Below, piece by piece: positions 53,280 to 64,000 of a stretch of DNA of 64,000 nt. Below the pieces are notes generated by a model that saw only the letters and a list, made by a program, of their open reading frames with translations, had not been told where the DNA came from and did no database searches. The translations under genes were made by a program, and so were the position numbers. Numbering within the stretch: position 1 is the stretch's first letter; the number at the start of each line of letters is the position of its first letter. The DNA comes from Camelus dromedarius. Taxonomy: Eukaryota. The stretch covers positions 806,001 through 870,000 of the forward strand of contig NC_087436.1 in the NCBI RefSeq assembly GCF_036321535.1, given 5' to 3'.

Positions 53280-56200
53280 TCATCTAGAACCAAGGGAACG
53301 GATTGCAGGAGACACTTTTTCTCTGCTTTCTCAGTCTGTTTCCTAGTGCCGGTTTGAAGTTCCTGCAGTTTTTACTGTAAAACGGACTTGGAGTTTCTAC
53401 CTCCCCATATATATGTATGGAATGGAGTTTGCAACTGAAAAGAAACTTTGTGTTCCCAACAAGCTAGGTGAAGGACGGCTTTCACACACCCTTATCTCTC
53501 AGAACTGAGCAAGTGGAGAGACCTTCGTTCATCTAGCACCAAGGGAACGGGTTGCAGGAGACAATTTTTCTCTGCTTTCTCAGTCTGTTTCCTAGTGCCG
53601 GTTTGAAGTTCCTGCAGTTTTCACTGTCAAACGGAGTTGGAGATAGTACCTCCCCATATATATGTATGGAATGGAGTTTGCAACTGAAAAGAAACTTTGT
53701 GTTCCCAACAAGCTAGGTGAAGGACGGCTTTCACACACAATTATCTCTCAGAACTGAGCAAGTGGAGAGACTTTCGTTCATCTAGCACCAAGGGAACGGG
53801 TTGCAGGAGACACTTTTTCTCTGCTTTCTCAGTCTGTTTCGTAGTGCCGGTTTGAAGTTCCTGCAGTTTTCACTGTCAAACCGAGTTGGAGCTTGTACCT
53901 CCCCATATATATGTATGGAATGGAGTTTGCAACTGAAAAGAAACTTTGTGTTCCCAACAAGCTAGGTGAAAGACGGCTTTCACACACACTTATCTCTCAG
54001 AACTGAACAAGTGGAGAGACGTTCGTTCATCTAGCACCAAGGGAACGGGTTGCAGGAGACACTTTTTCTCTGCTTTCTCAGTCTGTTTCCTAGTGACGGT
54101 TTGAAGTTCCTTCAGTTTTCACTGTAAAACCGATTTGGAGCTTCTACCTCCCCATATATATGTATGGAATGGAGTTGGCAACTGAAAAGAAACTTTGTGT
54201 TCCCAACAAGCTAGGTGAAGGACGGCTTTCACACACACTTATCTCTCAGAACTGAGCAAGTGGAGAGACGTTCGTTCATCTAGCACCAAGGGAACGGGTT
54301 GCAGGAGACACTTTTTCTCTGCTTTCTCAATCTGTTGCCTAGTGCCGGTTTGAAGTTCCTGCAGTTTTCACTGTAAAACCGTGTTGGAGCTTCTACCGCC
54401 CCATATATATGTATGGAATGGAGTTTGCAACTGAAAAGAAACTTTGTGTTCCCAACAAGCAAGGTGAAGGACGGCTTTCACACACACTTATCTCTCAGAA
54501 CTGAGCAAGTGGAGAGACGTTCGTTCATCTAGCACCAAGGGAACGGGTTGCAGGAGACACTTTTTCTCTGCTTTCTCAGTCTGTTTCCTAGTGCCGGTTT
54601 GAAGTTCCTGCAGTTATCACTGTAAAACAGAGTTGGAGCTTGTACATCCCCATATATACGTATGGAATGGAGTTTGCAACTGAAAAGAAACTTTGTGTTC
54701 CCAACAAGCTAGGTGAAGAACGGCTTTCACACACACTTATCTCTCAGAACTGAGCAAGTGGAGAGACGTTCGTTCATCTAGCACCAAGGGAACGGGTTGC
54801 AGGAGACACTTTTTCTCTGCTTCCTCAGTCTGTTTCCTAGTGCCGGTTTGAAGTTCCTGCAGTTTTCACTGTAAAACCGAGTTGGAGCTTGTACCTCCCC
54901 ATATATACGTATGAAATGGAGTTTGCAACTGAAAAGAAACTTTGTGTTCCCAACAAGCTAGGTGAAGGACGGCATTCACACACACTTATCCCTCAGAACT
55001 GAGCAAGTGGAGAGACGTTCGTTCATCTAGCACCAAGGGAACGGGTTGCAGGAGACACTTTTTCTCTGCTTTCTCAGTCTGTTGCCTAGTGCCGGTTTGA
55101 AGTTCCTGCAGTTTTCACTGTAAAACCGAGTTGGAGCTTCTACCGCCCCATATATATGTATGGAATGGAGTTTGCAACTGAAAAGAAACTTTGTGTTCCC
55201 AACAAGCACGGTGAAGGACGGCTTTCACACACACTTATCTCTCAGAACTGAGCAAGTGGAGAGACGTTCGTTCATCTAGCACCAAGGGAACGGGTTGCAG
55301 GAGACACTTTTTCTCTGCTTCCTCAGTCTGTTTCCTAGTGCCGGTTTGAAGTTCCTGCAGTTTTCACTGTCAAACCGAGTTGGAGCTTGTACCTCCCCAT
55401 ATATATGTATGGAATGGAGTTTGCAACTGAAAAGAAACTTTGTGTTCCCAACAAGCTAGGTGAAGGACGGCTTTCACACGCACTTATCTCTCAGAACTGA
55501 GCAAGTGGAGAGACGTTCGTTCATCTAGAACCAAGGGAACGGATTGCAGGAGACACTTTTTCTCTGCTTTCTCAGTCTGTTTCCTAGTGCCGGTTTGAAG
55601 TTCCTGCAGTTTTTACTGTAAAACGGACTTGGAGTTTCTACCTCCCCATATATATGTATGGAATGGAGTTTGCAACTGAAAAGAAACTTTGTGTTCCCAA
55701 CAAGCTAGGTGAAGGACGGCTTTCACACACCCTTATCTCTCAGAACTGAGCAAGTGGAGAGACTTTCGTTCATCTAGCACCAAGGGAACGGGTTGCAGGA
55801 GACACTTTTTCTCTGCTTTCTCAGTCTGTTTCCTAGTGCCGGTTTGAAGTTCCTGCAGTTTTCACTGTCAAACGGAGTTGGAGATAGTACCTCCCCATAT
55901 ATATGTATGGAATGGAGTTTGCAACTGAAAAGAAACTTTGTGTTCCCAACAAGCTAGGTGAAGGACGGCTTTCACACACAATTATCTCTCAGAACTGAGC
56001 AAGTGGAGAGACTTTCGTTCATCTAGCACCAAGGGAACGGGTTGCAGGAGACACTTTTTCTCTGCTTTCTCAGTCTGTTTCGTAGTGCCGGTTTGAAGTT
56101 CCTGCAGTTTTCACTGTCAAACCGAGTTGGAGCTTGTATCTCCCCATATATATGTATGGAATGGAGTTTGCTACTGAAAAGAAACTTTGTGTTCCCAACA

Positions 56201-57280
56201 AGCTAAGTGAAAGACGGCTTTCACACACACTTATCTCTCAGAACTGAGCAAGTGGAGAGACGTTCGTTCATCTAGCACCAAGGGAACGGGTTGCAGGAGA
56301 CACTTTTTCTCTGCTTTCTCAGTCTGTTTCCTAGTGACGGTTTGAAGTTCCTTCAGTTTTCACTGTAAAACCGAGTTGGAGCTAGTACCTCCCCATATAT
56401 ATGTATGGAATGGAGTTGGCAACTGAAAAGAAACTTTGTGTTCCCAACAAGCTAGGTGAAGGACGGCTTTCACACACACTTATCTCTCAGAACTGAGCAA
56501 GTGGAGAGACGTTCGTTCATCTAGCACCAAGGGAACGGGTTGCAGGAGACACTTTTTCTCTGCTTTCTCAGTCTGTTGCCTAGTGCCGGTTTGAAGTTCC
56601 TGCAGTTTTCACTGTAAAACCGTGTTGGAGCTTCTACCGCCCCATATATATGTATGGAATGGAGTTTGCAACTGAAAAGAAACTTTGTGTTCCCAACAAG
56701 CAAGGTGAAGGACGGCTTTCACACACACTTATCTCTCAGAACTGAGCAAGTGGAGAGACGTTCGTTCATCTAGCACCAAGGGAACGGGTTGCAGGAGACA
56801 CTTTTTCTCTGCTTTCTCAGTCTGTTTCCTAGTGCCTGTTTGAAGTTCCTGCAGTTATCACTGTAAAACAGAGTTGGAGCTTGTACATCCCCATATATAC
56901 GTATGGAATGGAGTTTGCAACTGAAAAGAAACTTTGTGTTCCCAACAAGCTAGGTGAAGAACGGCTTTCACACACACTTATCTCTCAGAACTGAGCAAGT
57001 GGAGAGACGTTCGTTCATCTAGCACCAAGGGAACGGGTTGCAGGAGACACTTTTTCTCTGCTTCCTCAGTCTGTTTCCTAGTGCCGGTTTGAAGTTCCTG
57101 CAGTTTTCACTGTAAAACCGAGTTGGAGCTTGTACCTCCCCATATATACGTATGAAATGGAGTTGGCAACTGAAAAGAAACTTTGTGTTCCCAACAAGCT
57201 AGGTGAAGGACGGCATTCACACACACTTATCCCTCAGAACTGAGCAAGTGGAGAGACGTTCGTTCATCTAGCACCAAGGG
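53280..57280 (+). repeat. 9-monomer HOR (2241 bp), about 1.8 copies
   Basis: AGAACCAAGGGAACGGATT at 53286 and 55527. ORFs 54280/56521 are offset by 2241. GGCATTCAC and TATCCCTC lie near 54.97 kb and 57.21 kb. Confidence 0.8.
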
Positions 57281-57499
57281 AACGGGTTGCAGGAGACACT
57301 TTTTCTCTGCTTTCTCAGTCTGTTTCCTAGTGACGGTTTGAAGTTCCTTCAGTTTTCACTGTAAAACCCAGTTGGAGCTAGTACCTCCCCATATATATGT
57401 ATGGAATGGAGTTGGCAACTGAAAAGAAACTTTGTGTTCCCAACAAGCTAGGTGAAGGACGGCTTTCACACACACTTATCTCTCAGAACTGAGCAAGTG

Positions 57500-60400
57500 G
57501 AGAGACGTTCGTTCATCTAGCACCAAGGGAACGGGTTGCAGGAGACACTTATTCTCTGCTTTCTCAGTCTGTTGCCTAGTGCCGGTTTTAAGTTCCTGCA
57601 GTTTTCACTGTCAAACCGAGTTGGAGCTTATACCGCCCCATATATATGTATGGAATGGAGTTTGCAACTGAAAAGAAACTTTGTGTTCCCAACAAGCAAG
57701 GTGAAGGACGGCTTTCACACAAACTTATCTCTCAGAACTGAGCAAGTGGAGAGACGTTCGTTCATCTAGCACCAAGGGAACGGGTTGCAGGAGACACTTT
57801 TTCTCTGCTTTCTCAGTCTTTTTCCTAGTGCCGGTTTGAAGTTCCTGCAGTTTTCACTGTAAAGCAGATTTGGAGCTAGTAATTCCCCATATATATGTAT
57901 GGAATGGAGTTTGCAACTGAAAAGAAACTTTGTGTTCCCAACAAGCTAGGTGAAGGATGGCTTTCACACACACTTATCTCTCAGAACTGAGCAAGTGGAG
58001 AGACGTTCGTTCATGTAGCACAAAGGGAACGGGTTGCAGGAGACACTTTTTCTCTGCTTTCTCAGTCTGTTTCCTAGTGACGGTTTGAAGTTCCTGCAGT
58101 TTTCACTGTCAAACCGAGTTGGAGCTAGTACCTCCCCATATATATGTATGGAATGGAGTTGGCAACTGAAAAGAAACTTTGTGTTCCAAACAAGCTAGTT
58201 GAAGGACGGCTTTCACACACACATATCTCTCAGAACTGAGCAAGTGGAGAGACGTTCATTCATGTAGCACCAAGGGAACGGGTTGCAGGAGACACTTTTT
58301 CTCTGCTTTCTCAGTCTGTTTCCTAGTGCCGGTTTGAAGTTCCTACAGTTTTCACTGTAAAACCGAGTTGGAGCTTGTACCTCCCCATATATATGTATGG
58401 AATGGAGTTTGCAACTGAAAAGAAACTTTGTGTTCCCAACAAGCTAGGTGAAGGACGGCTTTCAAACACACTTATCTCTCAGAACTGAGCAAGTGTAGAG
58501 ACGTTCGTTCATCCAGCACCAAGGGAACGGGTTGCAGGAGACACTTTTTCTCTGCTTTCTCAGTCTGTTTCCTAGTGCCGGTTTGAAGTTCCTGCAGTTA
58601 TCACTGTAAAACAGAGTTGGAGCTTGTACCTCCCCATATATACGTATGGAATGGAGTTTGCAACTGAAAAGAAACTTTGTGTTCCCAACAAGCTAGGTGA
58701 AGGACGGCTTTCACACACACTTATCTCTCAGAACTGAGCAAGTGGAGAGACGTTCGTTCATCTAGCACCAAGGGAACGGGTTGCAGGGGACACTTTTTCT
58801 CTGCTTTCTCAGTCTGTTTCCTAGTGCCGGTTTGAAGTTCCTGCAGTTTTCACTGTCAAACCGAGTTGGAGCTTCTACCTCCCCATATATACGTATGGAA
58901 TGGAGTTTGCAACTGAAAAGAAACTTTGTGTTCCCAACAAGCTAGGTGAAGGACGGCTTTCACACACCCTTATCTCTCAGAACTGAGCAAGTGGAGAGAC
59001 TTTCGTTCATCTAGCACCAAGGGAACGGGTTGCAGGAGACAATTTTTCTCTGCTTTCTCAGTCTGTTTCCTAGTGCCGGTTTGAAGTTCCTGCAGTTTTC
59101 ACTGTCAAACGGAGTTGGAGCTAGTACCTCCCCATATATATGTATGGAATGGTGTTTGCAACTGAAAAGAAACTTTGTGTTCCCAACAAGATAGGTGAAG
59201 GACGGCTTTCACACACACTTATCTCTCAGAACTGAGCAAGTGGAGAGACGTTCGTTCATCTAGCACCAAGGGAACGGGTTGCAGGAGACACTTTTTCTCT
59301 GCTTTCTCAGTCTGTTTCCTAGTGACGGTTTGAAGTTCCTTCAGTTTTCACTGTAAAACCGAGTTGGAGCTAGTACCTCCCCATATATATGTATGGAATG
59401 GAGTTGGCAACTGAAAAGAAACTTTGTGTTCCCAACAAGCTAGGTGAAGGACGGCTTTCACACACACTTATCTCTCAGAACTGAGCAAGTGGAGAGACGT
59501 TCGTTCATCTAGCACCAAGGGAACGGGTTGCAGGAGACACTTTTTCTCTGCTTCTCAGTCTGTTTCCTAGTGCCGGTTTGAAGTTCCTGCAGTTTTCACT
59601 GTAAAACCGAGTTGGAGCTAGTACCTCCCCATATATATGTATGGAATGGAGTTTGCAACTGAAAAGAAACTTTGTGTTCCCAACAAGCTAGGTGAAGGAC
59701 GGCTTTCACACACACTTATCTCTCAGAACTGAGCAAGTGGAGAGACGTTCGTTCATCTAGCACCAAGGGAACGGGTTGCAGGAGACACTTTTTCTCTGCT
59801 TTCTCAGTCTGTTTCCTAGTGCCGGTTTGAAGTTCCTGCAGTTATCACTGTCAAACCGAGTTGGAGCTTGTACCTCCCCATATATATGTATGGAATGGAG
59901 TTAGCAACTGAAAAGAAACTTTGTGTTCCCAACAAGCTAGGTGAAGAATGGCTTTCACACACAATTATCTCTCAGAACAGAGCAAGTAGAGAGACGTTCG
60001 TTCATCTAGCACCAAGGGAACGGGTTGCAGGAGACACTTTTTCTCTGCTTTCTCAGTCTGTTACCTAGTGCCGGTTTGAAGTTCCTGCAGTTTTCACTGT
60101 CAAACCGAGTTGGAGCTAGTACCTCCGCATATATATGTATGGAATGGAGTTTGCAACTGAAAAGAAACTTTGTGTTCCCAACAAGCTAGGTGAAGGACGG
60201 CTTTCACACACACTTATCTCTCAGAACTGAGCAAGTGGAGAGACGTTCGTTCATCTAGCACCAGGGAACGGGTTGCAGGAGACACTTTTTCTCTGCTTTC
60301 TCAGTCTGTTTCCTAGTGACGGTTTGAAGTTCCTGCAGTTTTCACTGTCAAACCGAGTTGGAGCTAGTACCTCCCCATATATATGTATGGAATGGAGTTG

Positions 60401-63400
60401 GCAACTGAAAAGAAACTTTGTGTTCCAAACAAGCTAGTTGAAGTACGGCTTTCACACACACATATCTCTCAGAACTGAGCAAGTTGAGAGACGTTCGTTC
60501 ATGTAGCACCAAGGGAACGGGTTGCAGGAGACACTTTTTCTCTGCTTCCTCAGTCTGTTTCCTAGTGCCGGTTTGAAGTTCCTACAGTTTTCACTGTAAA
60601 ACCGAGTTGGAGCTTGTACCTCCCCATATATATGTATGGAATGGAGTTTGCAACTGAAAAGAAACTTTGTGTTCCCAACAAGCTAGGTGAAGGACGGCTT
60701 TCACACACACTTATCTCTCAGAACTGAGCAAGTGTAGAGACGTTCGTTCATCCAGCACCAAGGGAACGGGTTGCAGGAGACACTTTTTCTCTGCTTTCTC
60801 AGTCTGTTTCCTAGTGCCGGTTTGAAGTTCCTGCAGTTATCACTGTAAAACAGAGTTGGAGCTTGTACCTCCCCATATATACGTATGGAATGGAGTTTGC
60901 AACTGAAAAGAAACTTTGTGTTCCCAACAAGCTAGGTGAAGGACGGCTTTCACACACACTTATCTCTATGAACTGAGCAAGTGGAGAGACGTTCGTTCAT
61001 CTAGCACCAAGGGAACGGGTTGCAGGGGACACTTTTTCTCTGCTTTCTCAGTCTGTTTCCTAGTGCCGGTTTGAAGTTCCTGCAGTTTTCACTGTCAAAC
61101 CGAGTTGGAGCTTCTACCTCCCCATATATACGTATGGAATGGAGTTTGCAACTGAAAAGAAACTTTGTGTTCCCAACAAGCTAGGTGAAGGACGGCTTTC
61201 ACACACCCTTATCTCTCAGAACTGAGCAAGTGGAGAGACTTTCGTTCATCTAGCACCAAGGGAACGGGTTGCAGGAGACAATTTTTCTCTGCTTTCTCAG
61301 TCTGTTTCCTAGTGCCGGTTTGAAGTTCCTGCAGTTTTCACTGTCAAACGGAGTTGGAGCTAGTACCTCCCCATATATATGTATGGAATGGAGTTTGCAA
61401 CTGAAAAGAAACTTTGTGTTCCCAACAAGATAGGTGAAGGACGGCTTTCACACACACTTATCTCTCAGAACAGAGCAAGTGGAGAGACGTTCGTTCATCT
61501 AGCACCAAGGGAACGGGTGGCAGGAGACACTTTTTCTCTGCTTTCTCAGTCTGTTTCCTAGTGCCGGTTTGAAGTTCCTGCAGTTTTCACTGTCAAACCG
61601 AGTTGGAGCTTGTACCTCCCCATATATATGTATGGAATGGAGTTAGCAACTGAAAAGAAACTTTGTGTTCCCAACAAGCTAGGTGAAGGATGGCTTTCAC
61701 ACACAATTATCTCTCAGAACAGAGCAAGTAGAGAGACGTTCGTTCATCTAGCACCAAGGGAACGGGTTGCAGGAGACACTTTTTCTCTGCTTTCTCAGTC
61801 TGTTACCTAGTGCCGGTTTGAAGTTCCTGCAGTTTTCACTGTCAAACCGAGTTGGAGCTAGTACCTCCCCATATATATGTATGGAATGGAGTTTGCAACT
61901 GAAAAGAAACTTTGTGTTCCCAACAAGCTAGGTGAAGGACGGCTTTCACACACACTTATCTCTCAGAACTGAGCAAGTGGAGAGACGTTCGTTCATCTAG
62001 CACCAGGGAACGGGTTGCAGGAGACACTTTTTCTCTGCTTCCTCAGTCTGTTTCCTAGTGCCGGTTTGAAGTTCCTGCAGTTTTCACTGTAAAACCGAAT
62101 TGGAGCTTGTACCTACCCATATATATGTATGGAATGGAGTTTGCAACTGAAAAGAAACTTTGTGTTCCCAACAAGCTAGGTGAAGGACGGCTTTCACACA
62201 CACTTATCTCTCAGAACTGAGCAAGTGGAGAGACGTTCGTTCATCTAGCACCAAGGGAACGGGTTGCAGGAGACACTTTTTCTCTGCTTCTCAGTCTGTT
62301 TCCTAGTGCCGGTTTGAAGTTCCTGCAGTTTTCACTGTCAAACCGAGTTGGAGCTAGTACCTCCCCATATATATGTATGGAATGGAGTTTGCAACTGAAA
62401 AGAAACTTTGTGTTCCCAACAAGCTAGGTGAAGGACGGCTTTCACACACACTTATCTCTCAGAACTGAGCAAGTGGAGAGACGTTCGTTCATCTAGCACC
62501 AAGGGAACGGTTTGCAGGAGACACTTTTTCTCTGCTTTCTCAGTCTGTTTCCTAGTGCCGGTTTGAAGTTCCTGCAGTTTTCACTGTCAAACCGAGTTGG
62601 AGCTTGTACCTCCCCATATATATGTATGGAATGGAGTTAGCAACTGAAAAGAAACTTTGTGTTCCCAACAAGCTAGGTGAAGGATGGCTTTCACACACAA
62701 TTATCTCTCAGAACAGAGCAAGTAGAGAGACGTTCGTTCATCTAGCACCAAGGGAACGGGTTGCAGGAGACACTTTTTCTCTGCTTTCTCAGTCTGTTAC
62801 CTAGTGCCGGTTTGAAGTTCCTGCAGTTTTCACTGTCAAACCGAGTTGGAGCTAGTACCTCCCCATATATATGTATGGAATGGAGTTTGCAACTGAAAAG
62901 AAACTTTGTGTTCCCAACAAGCTAGGTGAAGGACGGCTTTCACACACACTTATCTCTCAGAACTGAGCAAGTGGAGAGACGTTCGTTCATCTAGCACCAG
63001 GGAACGGGTTGCAGGAGACACTTTTTCTCTGCTTCCTCAGTCTGTTTCCTAGTGCCGGTTTGAAGTTCCTGCAGTTTTCACTGTAAAACCGAGTTGGAGC
63101 TTGTACCTCCCCATATATATGTATGGAATGGAGTTTGCAACTGAAAAGAAACTTTGTGTTCCCAACAAGCTAGGTGAAGGACGGCTTTCACACACACTTA
63201 TCTCTCAGAACTGAGCAAGTGGAGAGACGTTCGTTCATCTAGCACCAAGGGAACGGGTTGCAGGAGACACTTTTTCTCTGCTTCTCAGTCTGTTTCCTAG
63301 TGCCGGTTTGAAGTTCCTGCAGTTTTCACTGTAAAACCGAGTTGGAGCTAGTACCTCCCCATATATATGTATGGAATGGAGTTTGCAACTGAAAAGAAAC

Positions 63401-64000
63401 TTTGTGTTCCCAACAAGCTAGGTGAAGGACGGCTTTCACACACACTTATCTCTCAGAACTGAGCAAGTGGAGAGACGTTCGTTCATCTAGCACCAAGGGA
63501 ACGGTTTGCAGGAGACACTTTTTCTCTGCTTTCTCAGTCTGTTTCCTAGTGCCGGTTTGAAGTTCCTGCAGTTTTCACTGTCAAACCGAGTTGGAGCTTG
63601 TACCTCCCCATATATATGTATGGAATGGAGTTAGCAACTGAAAAGAAACTTTGTGTTCCCAACAAGCTAGGTGAAGGATGGCTTTCACACACAATTATCT
63701 CTCAGAACAGAGCAAGTAGAGAGACGTTCGTTCATCTAGCACCAAGGGAACGGGTTGCAGGAGACACTTTTTCTCTGCTTTCTCAGTCTGTTACCTAGTG
63801 CCGGTTTGAAGTTCCTGCAGTTTTCACTGTCAAACCGAGTTGGAGCTAGTACCTCCCCATATATATGTATGGAATGGAGTTTGCAACTGAAAAGAAACTT
63901 TGTGTTCCCAACAAGCTAGGTGAAGGACGGCTTTCACACACACTTATCTCTCAGAACTGAGCAAGTGGAGAGACGTTCGTTCATCTAGCACCAGGGAACG
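57500..64000 (+). repeat. Subfamily domain C
   Basis: New variants: TCCTACAG, AAGTGTAGAG, GTTAGCAAC, AACAGAGCAAGTAGA, GTTACCTAG, and the 1-bp deletions CACCAGGGAAC and CTGCTTCTCAG. Confidence 0.75.
61500..64000 (+). repeat. Regular 4-monomer HOR (994 bp), about 2.5 copies to the window end
   Basis: Identical ORFs at 61610, 62604 and 63598 are offset by 994 = 4x249-2. Each unit carries two 1-bp deletions (CACCAGGG and CTGCTTCTC). Confidence 0.9.

Larger units (their letters stand above)
38300..57500 (+). repeat. Subfamily domain B
   Basis: Diagnostic variants not seen in domain A: AAAACGGACTTGGAGTTTCT, CCGTGTTGGAGCTTCTACCGCCCC, GTGACGGTTTGAAGTTCCTTCAG, GTTGCCTAG, TTTCGTAG, TATATACGTAT and the 2-bp deletion AAACTGTGTTCC. 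Confidence 0.8.
1..64000 (+). repeat. Tandem satellite DNA array, 249-bp monomer, about 257 copies, head-to-tail (probable centromeric/pericentromeric satellite)
   Basis: The anchor ACTGAGCAAG occurs at 1, 250, 499 and so on up to 63956. 257x249=63993, so the net shortfall is 38 bp, which matches the small deletions I counted. Near-identical peptides in the ORF track recur at multiples of 249. The array runs off both window ends. Confidence 0.99.

Noticed and set aside
279..63798. All ORFs in the six-frame track (60-160 aa) as protein-coding genes
   Set aside because: They are the same few repeat translations recurring because 249 is divisible by 3. Most start at TTG or GTG, their ends depend on polymorphic stops and frameshifts, and they resemble no protein family I recognise.
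1..64000. CRISPR array, or a cassette array with constant repeats and variable spacers
   Set aside because: The variable segment differs only by a few recurrent SNPs, not by unique spacers. The unit is 249 bp, and no cas, integrase or reverse transcriptase genes are present.
1..64000. Primate alpha satellite, mouse major/minor satellite or Arabidopsis CEN178
   Set aside because: The monomer length (249 versus 171, 234, 120 or 178 bp) and the sequence do not match these families as I know them.
1..64000. Embedded transposon, inversion or unique island
   Set aside because: Monomer register is accounted for to the base (38 bp net deletion) and orientation never changes, leaving no room for inserted sequence.
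1..64000. Whole array as an assembly or synthetic artefact
   Set aside because: Monomers carry hierarchical shared SNPs and indels consistent with a real duplication history. Individual near-perfect duplications (the 6-mer and the 3-mer) still merit read-level confirmation.

Overview
The whole 64-kb window is one uninterrupted, head-to-tail, single-orientation satellite DNA array. It is built from a 249-bp monomer (about 45% GC): 257 full copies at 1-63955 plus a 45-bp partial copy. I found no genes, RNA genes, transposons, inversions or unique sequence. Every ORF in the track is a read-through of the repeat, since 249 = 83 codons. The monomers are highly similar, but diagnostic SNPs and small deletions divide the array into three subfamily domains: A at about 1-38.3 kb, B at about 38.3-57.5 kb and C at about 57.5-64 kb. 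These contain irregular higher-order repeats (HORs) and local duplications of 3, 4, 5, 6, 9, 14, 17 and 20 monomers. A young homogeneous core at about 8-27 kb is flanked on both sides by the same older variants. The organisation is typical of a eukaryotic, probably vertebrate, centromeric or pericentromeric satellite. Species and centromere function cannot be established from sequence alone. All alignments were done by eye, so internal boundaries are accurate only to about one monomer.
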